This document shows, piece after piece, positions 24,013 to 36,340 of a stretch of 64,000 bases of DNA (position 1 is its first letter; each line of letters begins with the position of its first letter). A program made the position numbers and the translations under genes. Source of the stretch: Callorhinchus milii (lineage: Eukaryota); NCBI RefSeq assembly GCF_018977255.1, contig NW_024704742.1, positions 1,986,001 through 2,050,000 of the forward strand. Direction: 5' to 3'. The notes below the pieces were generated by a model. The model saw nothing but the letters and a program-made list of their open reading frames with translations, did no database searches and was not told the origin of the DNA.

Positions 24013-25936
24013 GGTTATTTCGTCAATTCTGCCAAGTCACCTTATTGTGATCGCAAATTTTCAGCTCCATTTGACCGTCCTGCCCTAATGTCCTCTACTC
24101 ACTCATCTTTGTTAAACCTACTTCCATTGACCCCATTTAATTTTGCCCCGTAAATGCACCTGTATCGTTTGCCGGTTGATATCTATCGTGAAGTTGCTTT
24201 ATTGTGTCTTCAGGGCAACCGACCTCCGAGGAAACATGTGGACAGCCTTTTGACAATTCTCTTTCTCGTTTTTCCTCTTTCTTCCGCCCCCTCTTCCAGG
24301 AAAGGCAACTGACACCCAGCTGGAAATTCCCCACAGCAACCGAGGTGAGACTTAGCAGTTCACTGGCATGGGACTGTGTTTGTGGGAATAGCAAACCAGC
24401 ATCTGCCATTTCAGTGAACTGACCATTGATGCCCTTCCCAGTGTATTCTCGTGGCATGCCGTGATCGCCAATATGTTCTGCGCTTTAGTGATGTTCCTCG
24501 TGGTGGCTGCTTTCTGTTAGAATTGTGAGTTAGTGTTTTCAAACAAACTTGGAACTCGCAAGGACATTGTGTTGTGACACAGAGTCGCACAGGATTATTA
24601 TGGGTGATGAAATGGGAGTGTGTTAGGCACTCATTCCCCCTCCATCTCACGTAAACCGGTTTGCGGGTGCAGAAGAAATGAGAGATTAAAATCAAATTAA
24701 ACAAATGAAATCAGCGTTAAACCGTGTTTTAACCTCTCAGCTTTTCATCTTTCTGCATTTGACTTGCTTACTTACTACGTCTGACGTGTTCAGCCTCATA
24801 ATTTTTTGGGCTACATCGTGTTATAATTTGCCACAGGAGATGCATATCAGTCCTGAATGAGGCAATATCCAAAGACGCATATTGTCAAATACCTTATCAT
24901 ATAACGGTGTTGACTGCACTGCCAGCAACTAAAGCAGTGTTTTAAAGTAAATGGGCTCTCCTTTAGGTATTCACAAATGCCAATTCTGTCAGGAGGTATT
25001 GATCAGTCCATAAAGGAGAAGATTTGTATTTTTTTTAAGTATTATCTTGTAGGATATAATGTAGCTTTGAAGCGGGGAGCCCTAATTCATGCCTGAACAT
25101 CAATACTGCAGATTAATCTTTACAAATACAGTTTTTAAATTACAGCACTGCAGTATGTTTGATGGAAGCTGCTATAAGTGAACCGTTATGCTTCTAAATG
25201 TTGGTAATTCCCGTTCTGGTTTCTAACCTGTGCTTCATTGGACTGCACCTTTTTTACGGCAAAGAAAAGGGATGATGAGGCATAAACCACTGATGTTTTT
25301 TTTGGTCCTTAGCCAGTAAGAGATCCTCCTCTGTCATGCCATTTCCTTCTCAGCGCTATTAGTTCATTAAGCTGTAATCCAACCCTGCCAAGCATTGACC
25401 TATTGGACACATCACCCCAAAAGTCTTCCTTTGGCGTCTAAAACGCGGTGATATCAAATGGGATTCCTTACATAAAGGATCTGAAAGTCTGCCATGTCGA
25501 CTCGCGGGAATTCCCTTCGATGTGTAAAGCCCGTTCATCATTTCCCCTTCACTCTTAACTAGAGGGGTTACAAGAAAATATAGAATCCTGACATTTCCCT
25601 TACATTTGGTACAGTTGCCTTTCGTTTCAGGAAGACAACCCAAACCACTTCAGGAGTATATGCCGTAAAGATGGAGTGATTGTGTGACAAACCTCCTCTT
25701 CCCCCCCCCCCCCGTTCGAATGGGAATGGGGCTCTTAAAGCACATCGAATCCGCGAAGAAACTTAACATATGTTTCTCCACATATGTGTTATCAGACTCT
25801 GTTGCACCTTCTGGTACGAACCTCCTCTCCCCTCCTCCGGAGTTTAGTTTGTACTTTCTTTCATGCTGTGCGGTGTGTTTCTCAAATTCAGGTTCTGGTA
25901 CAGACCCCCAACACATAAGCCCCGCCCCCCCCCCAA

Positions 25937-26130
25937 TTCACCCGCAAATACACAGTCACTCCACTTTGCAGCGTATGTGTTTCGCCCACAAAATATACAG
26001 TCAGTTCACTTTACGGTATGCTCTGTGAAGCGCTTTGAGACGTCTCGAAGACGTGATAAGGCGCCATATCAAAAGCAAGGATTATTATTATCCTGTGAAT
26101 CGCTGACGTGAAAAGGCTTGATACCAAATA
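25937..26130 (+). mobile_element. Nested Deu-SINE 3' fragments (younger copy ~25977-26090 inside an older tail)
   Basis: The older cacagtcactccactttgcagcgtat|cctgtgaatcgc is split by gtgtttcgcccac...aaggattattatta. Confidence 0.8.
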
Positions 26131-26186
26131 TAAGCACACGGCACGTAATGTAAACTCTGTGTCGAGCAGAGAGAATTGCGGATAAG

Positions 26187-26295
26187 TTCGCCCACAAATA
26201 TACAGTCAATTCACTTTACAGTGTGTTCTGTGAAGCGCTTTGGGACGTCCTCCCGACGTGAAAAGCGCTATATCAAATGCAAGGATTATTATATT
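26187..26295 (+). mobile_element. SINE family A, youngest subfamily, 3' fragment
   Basis: Identical to 59021-59105 (rc) over the shared length and one substitution from 2716-2814 (rc). Confidence 0.92.
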
Positions 26296-27019
26296 ACAAG
26301 TGTACGTGTTAAGGCAGCCAGTTCTGGCCTTCTCCTGTGTTTTTTTATATATATATACATATATATATATTGGCTGAGTTCATCAATTGGAAAATGAAAC
26401 GCTTGCAAAAAGATTACACAAGATACCACTCGCTGTGGAAAATGACAGTGCTGCCGAGTTTAAAGATTTACATTATTACGGTGGTTGGCAATCATCAGAA
26501 CCCTATCATTTTCTCTCTCAATTGATGTATTAGCTCATTTTCACCGCGAGCACTAATGAGTTTCTGTCCCGGCCAGGAGATATTGGCAGGTTCTCGCCAA
26601 TAGAGGGGTGCTGTGTCTGTCGACAGTGGACTTAACAAGTGGTAAGGCTCGTCCCACATTCCTGAGTGGAATGAACCCAATTTACAGCACTGATCAATGT
26701 ACATTTACAAGACGCAAGATTTCAGATCAGGGTGGGTGGGGGGGGCGGGGGCGGGGGGCGATATGTCGAAGTGTTTCACACCGTTCCCCGGGAACCCGAA
26801 CTGAGAGGAGGGGAAAGGTGACTGAAAGTACGGCGGAGGATTTTAAGGTGTATTTTGAAGCCTGAGAGGGATATAAGGCCATATTTACCTCATGCAAATG
26901 GGGTCTCATTTCAGTAACCAGACGAACATCGCACAAAGATGTCAAAGTAATATAGCGAAGTGGATGACCCCTGAACGGGAAATTTCTTGTGTAAGGAAAG
27001 CCAATCAGACGCTCCAGGG

Positions 27020-27290
27020 ATTATTGGAGCTGTCATCCTTCGGGTGAAAGGTTAAATTGAGGTTATCTGTGCCTATTCAGGTGGCGATTAAAAGATCCCA
27101 AGACACTGTTGAAAAAAGAAAATTCTGTCAGCCTCCTCGTCAGAAATTGTCCCGATAAAATAAGTCGTTCCCTTCCGAGCTGTTTGTGTATCATTGCTGT
27201 GTCTACGTTGGCTGCCGCTTTTGCCGTCAGCTGCACAGACACAGGTCCGTCCAATAATAGCTGTAAAGCACTTTGCAAGGATATTTTTTG
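27020..27290 (+). mobile_element. SINE family B, central and 3' part
   Basis: gtcatccttcgggtga, ttcaggtggcgattaaaagatccc, gctgtttgtg...ttggctgccgc. Confidence 0.7.
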
Positions 27291-29747
27291 TTATAAGTAT
27301 AAAATGATTTGGATCCGTTTGGCTACGATCCTGAGTGAACCCTTTCCTCTTTCATTTTCTCAAAACTCATCGATCCTCTTCAACCGAGGGCTGTGCAAGA
27401 TCAGTTCTCGCTACGTTTTCAGTCCTCTTATTTTTTTTGAAGTGTACAGAGATTTTTGTCATTAGTTTATTCCTGACCTCTTCGTTCATCCAACGAGCTT
27501 TCGGGTCTCGCTCTCTTTTTGCTCGATGGGATACGCTGGTTTTCCGCATCACTTGAATTTGCCTTAACCTTCAAACTCCCAGCATCTCCAGGGGATTCTA
27601 GCCTCACTGAACTGGCTGCTGCTCTTTTGCTTTGGTTTATTATCCCATTATAAGGTCATAGGTTTATCAGCCAGCAGAGAATAGTACACGCTCACCTGCC
27701 AAGGTCGATACATTTATCGTCAAGGAGAGAACCACTCCCACGTCCATATAGACCGTTGACACTCAACTTTATTCTTCCTTCTCGCTTTCTTCTTGCTGCG
27801 AGCCTTCCGCGTAGACCAAAGGGGTGAGAAATGAAGAACGTGACATGATTATCACACTGCAGCGAGTTCTGCTTCTCAACACGTCCCCAGTCGATACAAG
27901 CTCCCCCCCCCAACTCCGTTTCAAAAGGTTGCGCCAATCGTGTGGGCCTGAAATCTCACCCGGTCTTGGCCTGTCACAAGCTTTTGTCTTAAAAATTTAA
28001 CAGTGCTGACACTTCCTGAATTCAGTTTTATTTTCGGAGTCGGTTTCCCGATCAGAGTTGCGGGAAGCCGGCTTCCGAATCAAGCACGGGCGTTAAGGAA
28101 TGCCTGCAGATCCGTGCACGGGTTACACTTTAAGGCAAAATACGAACACTTGGTGGAATTTCGGTCCTGTGCTTTTGACAGCGATTGACTTGGCTGGTGG
28201 CACCTTTTTAAACAGCTAACGTGAGCATCCAGGCATTTCAGTGCCAGTTTAACGAATGCCAACTACGCTCAACTTGATCGCTGTGCTTATTATCACATTG
28301 TGTCTCATCCAAAACCTTTCACGACGGAATTGTTTTCTCTTGGACTGAACGGTTCCTCATTGTAATCATAAGGCAGTGACTACAGTACCTTTTCACCGCT
28401 GCTGCAATGATGGAATTCCTTTTCTCATCAGTTGGCACATTAATCTGTGTCTCCGCTTAGACACAACGCCTGTTTAGTGGCCTGTACAATACAGATGCAA
28501 ATTGGCAATCGTGGCCGAGAAGCAAAAGGAAGCCCTTTATTCCAATCTGAGAAGATGCCTGTAATTTGAAGCCAGCAAATTCATTCTCAGTTACTGCATG
28601 TACTGTGTGACAATAGCACTGGGCTTTTGCAGATATATGGAGATGTTTCAAGGGAAAAGTGAATTATGTGCCGTAGACAACAAAGGGAAGTCAGGACACG
28701 AGTTAACATCTGCATTCATGTCTTTGATGTTTCTCGACATCATCTGCTGGTATGCTTTTGATCTCTCAAATGCTATTTTCAGGATGAAAAGAGATGATTA
28801 ACGATGTGCTGTAGAATTGTGAGTTCTCCGTTAGTTGCTGAAACACAATGTGTTACTCTCGCCCTTCTGAACAGAAGCAGCACAGTGTTCTGTTGGAAAA
28901 GACCGCAGCGATGAGGGGGGACCTCAGCACAGCATGATAAAGATGTTTGAAAAGTGAATGTAAGAGGCATTCCTATTAAGTGCCATTTTTTTTTCTTTTT
29001 CTGTTCCAACAGACGCTGAGGCCATTTTTTGTTCATCTCAGTTTTTCACATTATTTAGGGGATTGGTGTTTCGTCACCGGGGGTTGGCGGGGTGGGGGGG
29101 GAGGTGGTGGTGGTGTGTGGGGTGGGGAGGGGTCGGGGGAAATTGGCATCATCAATTTACCTCTGATGCTGAGCCAGAGACTGGCAAACCATCACAGACT
29201 GAGACTTTCTGGTTTGCCTGGCAGACTTCCACGCTGGGGAGGAGTTTAACCAGCAGTGGTATTTTGATACTGTCTATGAAGATAAGTCGATTTACTAGAA
29301 AGATGGGTGTGACATAGGTGATATAAGGAGCACGGATTCCTTGGGAGATGAAACGCTGCATTCTCAATACCTTGCAAATTGCACTGGCCTACGCGTGTAT
29401 CATTTGTTATCCAATTCAATACCAAATTCGCCTACATATATACCAAAAGAAATGCCGATCCCAAACAATAGCAAAGGCTGTTTTCCAGCTGACTTTCTGA
29501 ATTTCCAGCCTATCATCGGGCTTTTATGCAACTTCCAGTTTTTGAGAGCCAGGTTTTCAATCCCATTACATCAAACGGTGTGTTTCCAGCACAGCCCGAG
29601 GTTAAGTATCAAGCCCGGCACTGTGTTCTTTTAAGACTGCAAACACAGGTTAAAATACCTAAGTCACTTAATTTGCCCATTAAACAGGTATTCGAGAAAG
29701 AACAGCATTACTCCATTGAATGAAAGTTCCATATACTATATGAGCAG

Positions 29748-30025
29748 CGACAAATTGCACTTATATAGCACCTTTCACTTTGGGAGGATGTCCTAAGAGG
29801 GTGGTCAGTCAAGGGCTTGCACCCGAGCTGGGGGTTGCAATCAGGAGGGGTGGAGGGCAGAGGGTGGGAGGATGACAGAAGGCATGGTCAAAAAGGAAGG
29901 TCTTGAGATGGGTCTTGAAGAAGGCAATGGGAGGGGGCGAGGCAGAGGGACTTCCAGAGGATGGGGGCAGAAAGGCTGAAGGTTTGACCCCCAACGATGG
30001 GGCGAGCAGGACAGGGGACATGGAT
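29748..30025 (-). mobile_element. L2 3' end
   Basis: ORF 29809-30021(-) has IAFFKTHLKTFLFDHAF (the L2 ORF2 C-terminus); tail rc ttgcacttatatagcacctttcac. Confidence 0.85.
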
Positions 30026-31309
30026 CAGACAGGTTGGTATGGTTTTAGATAAAGAAAGTCTTGAGTGAAGTTCGTGATTAATTTTTAATCCAAATGGTTA
30101 GATCCCGAGTCATACCTACCCATATTTGGTCTGACCTCTGAACCTTTCACGGTCCCACTGCAGCAAAAAGTCAACAAAATGAGTTTTGATGCCCCCTAAG
30201 ACTTGTTCACTCAGGCTAATGAAGAATGTCAGCCTTTGTAGCTTGCTAAAACCAGAATAAAGAGCAACGGATGAAATGTAACTGGTGCTGCATTCCCGTA
30301 GATAAGAATAGGGAGAGATCTTTGGCCTGGTCCAGCCTATATCATTTTCAGCATGATGATAGTCTTTATAATCCCACGTCACCATCTTTTCTCCACGTCT
30401 CTGAATACACCTTACGTTTCAAGTATTTATCCCAATGTATTCGCAACCCCGTGTGTGAACGGCGAACACATATGTGTGTTCTTTCACGATTATTTCATCT
30501 GTGTAGCAAGAGTATTATCAATAGTAATTGTCCTTGCATTTTATTAGCACCTTACCATCTCAGGAGAACGCCTCAAAGCACTTCACGATTAAGTCAAATT
30601 TAGTGACAGCAGTACGATAAACGTTTCGGACTTGATTTTCCACCCAGGAGAGCCGAATAGTTTTGCTGTTGTGTTTCCCCATCTCCTGCCCCCAGATATC
30701 ACTCAGCTGTGCTCTGGAAAGAAAGGGTCATTGTCAGAAGCAACAGCTGGAAAGGGTACTAACAATTGGCATCATTCAAATTGATTTCAAATCCTCACCA
30801 ATGAATCATAATGCTTTGCCGCTTGTTGCTGGCAGTGCATTAAATTTATATTAGTGTCTATTCCTAATTGTCCTTTGAATGTTTCCCTTTAAAGCAGAAC
30901 TTTTGTGAGACACACCAAATTATATTCCAGCTGTTAATCTCCAGTTCAACACTTGCCACCGTTTTTCTCATTCCTGTCATTTTTATGTTGTCAAAGGTTT
31001 TTTTGTACAACCTTGAATCTATTTACTGTCAAATAATGCATGCAGGGCTTCTTCAAAATAACTTATCCCCTGCTGTAACTCAGTTGAAGGTAGGTTTTTT
31101 TTTGCAATTGATTTACCGTGACAGGTGCATTGCATAAATGTGTGCATCCAGGAAAAAAGCGTGTGTTTCGCACATTACCTAAATCCTACTTACTGGCATG
31201 CAAATGCGCTGGGCGTGGGGTAGAGGTGTACATGATATATACCTCCAGATCTTTACATGGAGCTCCCGTTCTCAGCCTAAACATTGTGGTAAGAATCTGA
31301 GCAACGAGA

Positions 31310-31420
31310 ACAATAAATAATCCTTGTATTTGATATAGTGCCTTATCACGTCATCAATACACCTCAAAGCGCTTCACTAGATGCACCGTAAAGTGGAATG
31401 ACTGTGCGCTTTCTGGGCAA
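31310..31420 (-). mobile_element. Deu-SINE 3' tail fragment
   Basis: aataatccttgtatttgatatagtgccttatcacgtc...ctcaaagcgcttcac. Confidence 0.8.
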
Positions 31421-31449
31421 AAAACCTTCTTGTCTCTCTACGGATGTCC

Positions 31450-31860
31450 GTTGAATAACCGATGAGGAAACTTGAAGGCTTGGAATGACAGCAGCCGGAA
31501 GGCGTTACCTGGAGTCTGCGTACGTGAACACACTATTGATAATGTGCGAGGCTTGGGGAATCCACCTCGATGGGTTTGCAGAAAGCTGAGCGACCGCTGC
31601 TCAAGCTCCGCGCCTGCAGTACTCCAGGGCACTGCTGATGACAGCAAAGGCAGCTCGACTCATAAGTAGGAACAGATCGATCACTGGGGCGGGGGTTCTT
31701 CGAACTCAGCTCCCGTGGACCCTGCAAGCTCGCGGGCAGGGTGGTCCCAGCTGGACAACCAGCAGGAAAGCTTTCAACGGCAAGCTGTGCGGTTCTGGCT
31801 GGTTCGGCTCCAGCAGTTACCCCAACTCACACTCTGGGGTCCCCAAGCCTTGGCTCTTGC
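31450..31860 (-). mobile_element. Probable I-group LINE ORF2 relic
   Basis: Frameshifted minus-strand translation gives LAGSTGA, AAFAVISSALEYC, RSAFCKPIEV and SHIINSV...LPAAVIP; 27-bp identity with 16231-16257. Confidence 0.45.
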
Positions 31861-33463
31861 CAACCCGTCCCTATTACTTACTGGAAATAGATGAGCAGGG
31901 AGAGAGTGCGTATCCCATTCCAGACGCGGGGAAATTCCCATGTGGAGGTGGGGTACTTAAGGGGAACTTATATCTGGTTTGAGTATTTTTAAACGTTGAT
32001 GCATTCGTAGGTTGTGACTAAAAAAGAAATCCCTGCAGTGGCGGTGAAAGTACAGAGTAGCAATAATCTTGTTCATCGTAATTTGCTGCTGGATTTGTCA
32101 TGCAAGCACCCGACACCGTCATTTATTTGAATAGATGTGTATTGCGATGTGTTGTATGTGTCGCATTCAACCTCAACCAACCGAGCGTGAGAGTTCAAAG
32201 CAGTGACATATCTTATTTACCAAAGGTTGAAAGTGCAACACTCAAAGCAACACCCGGTGAGATATTACGGAGCACATTTTAAGCGCTGAACTGGGAAAAC
32301 TGCAAAATAATACTGCAGTAAAGTAATTCACCCCTCTTTAACAGAACCGTTTCCTGGTTTTGTAAAGAGTCGGATTCGGGTCAAAATACCCTTGAAAAAA
32401 GAGCTTCTGATCTGTTTGAAATCTTCTTCCCTCGGTGAGGAGTTGAAACATATTCCGCACTCACGAATGGTGGGGTTTGGGGCCTTTTGGAATGAAAAAT
32501 CGCGGCGTTGAGATGGAGCCACGCTGAGGGATAGCTTCCCTCCCGCTGTCCTTTTCACCAGTCTGTGCTTCTTTCTGCCACGTGTGCCTTTTTCTCCTTT
32601 GCAAACGGTCTGCAGCACTCATCCCTTTGCTCGTACAATCCTTCCTGCGCAATAAACGGCAACCTGACAACCTGGCACGCTGCGGTATGTGGTACATCCT
32701 TGCTGTTGTGTTCGGTCTTACGGGGATACAGTTAAGCAAACCCCAGTCAAAGGGAAATGCAGGCCTCATTTACCTCATTTACTTCTTTCCATTCGGTCTG
32801 ATAAACCTCCCATTCGCTGCCCGCGATGATATGGCTGCTCTTTTTGACATAACAAATCAAAGTCAGCTGCACGTTTAACCTCTACGGTCGGAGAAGACAA
32901 CCCTTGATCAGAAGCGATTGGTTTGAACTCTGGATTTTAGCAGCGGCTTTTTCTTCAAGGCGAAAAGCATTTCGAATTTCAACGACTGGGATTATTATTT
33001 TCGTAATATTTCAAAGCCTTCCACCCACTTCTGGCAGCTCCGTTCAAGAATACGATGCAGTCAACTCGGATAGGTAATCTGTCCTGAAAGCATACCTTTC
33101 AGTGACGCACAGTGGATCAAGAAAAGTTGGTAGAAGAGTAGGAATCCTCTAAGAAACTCAACTGTACTTGTCACCGTTGGCAGCCTCAGCTTATACAATA
33201 TCTTGTCAGTAATTTAGTTCAGTCAGTTTGACAGGCAGCAGAGAAATTCTCTCTCTTGCGTCTGAACTCAATAACTGTCCAAAGTTATCCGTATCAGGGA
33301 CTTGATGAGAATGGACTGCTTCTTGCCACATTCCGCCCTCCGCAACAAGGCGGTGTGGATAGGCTTTCAGTCCTCTAAACGAAAGTTACCACAGCGTAAA
33401 GTAAGGATTTCATGCTTAAAACAGTCACACAAAAGCTGTTACAGCTGCACTGTGACTTTGCCG

Positions 33464-33604
33464 ATAATAATAATCCTTGCATTTGACGTAGAGCTTTATC
33501 ACTCCATCGAGAAGTTTTAAATCGCTTCACGGAAAATACTGTAAAGTGAATTGACTGTATATTTTGTGGGCGAAACACAGCAGCCAATTGCGTAGAGCAA
33601 TGTC
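33464..33604 (-). mobile_element. SINE family A, 3' fragment
   Basis: ataataatccttgcatttgac ... attgactgtatattttgtgggcgaaacacagcagccaattgcg. Confidence 0.85.
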
Positions 33605-34647
33605 TGGTCCCTTTCTCCCTGGACTGCAAAAAATACAAGGAGTAAAGCTTCACACAGTCAATCAACTGCTTCTGGTGTTTCATCTGTACGCAGTTGTTCA
33701 AATGCAGATTAATGATTATTCAGCGAACGGATTTCCTGCAGTGTATTGGTCAGTGGCAAAGACCTTCCCACTCCCAACACAGTCTTCACGTGTGTTCCCA
33801 ACACCCACCAGGATCAGATAATGATCCATGTCCTCGTCAAGGTTACCCACAGCGAGAGTTTGGGTTTTGCTGCTTTATACAAACACAAAGAAAATTCATG
33901 TTAGAATTTTTTTTCGTGGAATAGAAATTCGTGTTTAAAAGCATTTGAAAGAAAGAAAGCGGTCACATTTGTGATTTGGAGTGGAGTGAAGAGAGGTTTG
34001 TCACCGATGCGGTAAAACGGGTTTAGTTAGGTCTCCTTTGTGATCTTAAACAATACATAGACTTTTTTTAAACTTTTTTTTTCCCCCTGTTTGTATCGTT
34101 TCTGGACGAGAACGTACGCTCAGAACAAGAAAGTTTTGGTCTTAATGAAAATATAATGTCATAGGAAAGTTTTGAGTGCGGAGCAAACTTTCACAGTGCG
34201 AGATGCCTGATGTGCATATGGGTACTGCCGTTGCTAGAAAATTTATAAAAAAAATACTTTTCCCCCTGCTTTGATAAGTACACGAGCACAATCCTTTCCC
34301 ATTTCGCTTCAGTAAACTTCATCATAAATGTTCTCAACCTCTCGTATCATTTATTTTCGTTCCCCTGTTCTTTACATTGCGCCCATTAGCCCTTTGAGTA
34401 ATTTTGTGCATTTACATAACATTGATTTTACAGTTACTAATGTGACTGGAGATGGATGCAACTAATGTTCGTTCATTTGTCTCTCCGAGTATGTTGTTTA
34501 TCATCAGACTGCTGGCAAATGCAGCCATCGAGAACTTCTGTGCGCTTGAGGGTTGATCTCACAGGTCCGGAAAAAAAGGGGACAGAATGAGGGGGACGAT
34601 AACTGAATTCTGATCCCTATGTCCAAGAGTAATTTCTATATTCGAGT

Positions 34648-34853
34648 GATAATAATAATAATTATCCTTACATTTGATAAAGTGCCTTATCACGTTTTCA
34701 AGATGTCTTCACAGAATATACTGTAAAGTGAATTGACTATTTTGTGGGCGAAACTCGGCAGCCATTCGCGCACAGCGCAGCGTCCCCCGCAAACACGTTC
34801 GGATTGAACGACCAAATTATTATTATTTTTATTTCTTTATTTTTTTTTGATTA
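34648..34853 (-). mobile_element. SINE family A, 3' half
   Basis: Tail, Deu block and A-rich linker on the minus strand. Confidence 0.85.
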
Positions 34854-34858
34854 TGAAT

Positions 34859-35045
34859 GGAGTCCTGTAGCTTAGTGGTTAGAGCACTCGCTCCGCCAGT
34901 GAGAGGACCTGAATTTGATTCCCAGGCAGGGCGTAACGTTTGGTAAGTTTCCGTACTCAACACACACTCTGTTTACCCAGCAGTAAGTAGGAACCCGGTT
35001 GTTAGTCGATGGGCGTATTGCTTTCCCGGAGATAATAATCCTTTG
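34859..35045 (+). mobile_element. SINE family A (long form), 5' half
   Basis: ggagtcctgtagcttagtggttagagc head, then ctctgtttacccagcagtaagtaggaacccggttgttagtcgat; ends at gataataatcc. Confidence 0.88.
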
Positions 35046-35397
35046 AAAAGTGATCTGAGTTAAAGATTAAATCCTCGTGCTTAGCAAGATTCCTGTTGCA
35101 GTGAATTTATTATATCCTCTATTAATCATGGGTAGAATATCAATACTGTTTGTCTTGAACCTCTGCTAACTGAAGGGCTGAATGGGTTTGAATGTTGCCA
35201 TTATACACTGTTTGCTGAAAGGAGTCATTTAATACAATGGTAAAGCCATCCCGCGAGCAAGTGACGCTTTTAAAAGCATATAAGGAACCGTTTGGGTAGT
35301 GGAGTTTTGGGAGCTTTTTGTGGGTATTTTCTGCACCATTGTAATTGTTTTGGAAAGGGCCTGATCTCTTTAGCTCTCTGAATGATAAATTGAATAA

Positions 35398-35635
35398 AGT
35401 CTTGCCTTGAGTCAGAAGGTTGTGTGGGTTCAAGACCAATGTCAGGACTTGAAACTCCAATCGGGTAGCCTGACACTCCAATGCTGTTCTGGGGGAAGGT
35501 CGCGTTCCTCGAGGTGGCCATCTTTCAGATGAGACGTTAAATCAAAGTCCCTTTGGACGGTAGAGATCCTATGGAATTATTCGAAGAGAGCAGGGCATTC
35601 TCCTGGTGCACTGGCGATCAATCCCCCAACCAAAA
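35398..35635 (+). mobile_element. SINE family B, 5' two-thirds
   Basis: tcttgccttgagtcagaaggttgtgtgggttcaag...gccatctttcagatgagacgttaaa...ttctcctggtg. Confidence 0.82.
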
Positions 35636-35919
35636 AAGTCAGACCAATAGAACACCATAAACGATCAATTTTGCCAGACTTCATACTCAGTGTATATATT
35701 TTAAAATGATTCCTACTTCATTTTCTAACACAAAAAAAGGAGGTGACAAAAGGCAATCGTAAGTGTCATGTGGGCAGCTATTGAGTCAAGTGAATTCACT
35801 GCTGACTTTGCTCTCCGTAAATTCTTGGGTGAAATAAATAGCTTGTGATATTCAGTGACTGGGTGGATAAACTACTGTAACCGTTAAAACACAGTAATAA
35901 TAATAACAACAATAAATAA

Positions 35920-36023
35920 AGATATCTTGACGATGTGATAAAGTCAGATATCAACAGAAAGGATTATTTAAATAAATAATCCTTTCTGTTGATATCTGAC
36001 TTTATCACATCGTCAAGATATCT
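35920..36023. repeat. Perfect inverted repeat: 51-bp arms with a 2-bp spacer
   Basis: 35920-35970 is the exact reverse complement of 35973-36023 (checked base by base). Confidence 0.97.
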
Positions 36024-36340
36024 CAGTGTTTCACAGGATTGCCCTGTAAAGTGGAGTGACTGGGCTGCTACCCCATGAAGGGCGCTATATAAATGCAAGT
36101 TGTTGTTGTTGTTGGCTGTGAATATTTTGTGGGTGCACGCGCACAACAATTGCCACGGAATGAGCCTCCAATTTAATTTGGAGGCGTTTTGGCCAGGAGG
36201 AAACCAGATGAGAGAAGCTTCCTTCTCTTTTCAAACAATATGTGGGGGTCTTTAACATCCACCTTGACAGGCAAACGAGGCTTCGGTTTAATGTCTCCTC
36301 CAAAGGATGGATGCCTGAAACATGCCTGAATATGCAGTGT
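35973..36340 (-). mobile_element. SINE family B with an inserted antisense L2 tail (~36065-36114)
   Basis: Tail rc and gtaaagtggagtgac, then gaagggcgctatataaatgcaagttgttgttg (+), then the SINE resumes at gctgtgaatattttgtggg...cggtttaatgtctc. Confidence 0.8.

Noticed and set aside
26730..26760. G-rich tracts with G-quadruplex potential (also 9704-9741, 17044-17082, 29079-29139)
   Set aside because: These are common low-complexity G-runs with no supporting context.
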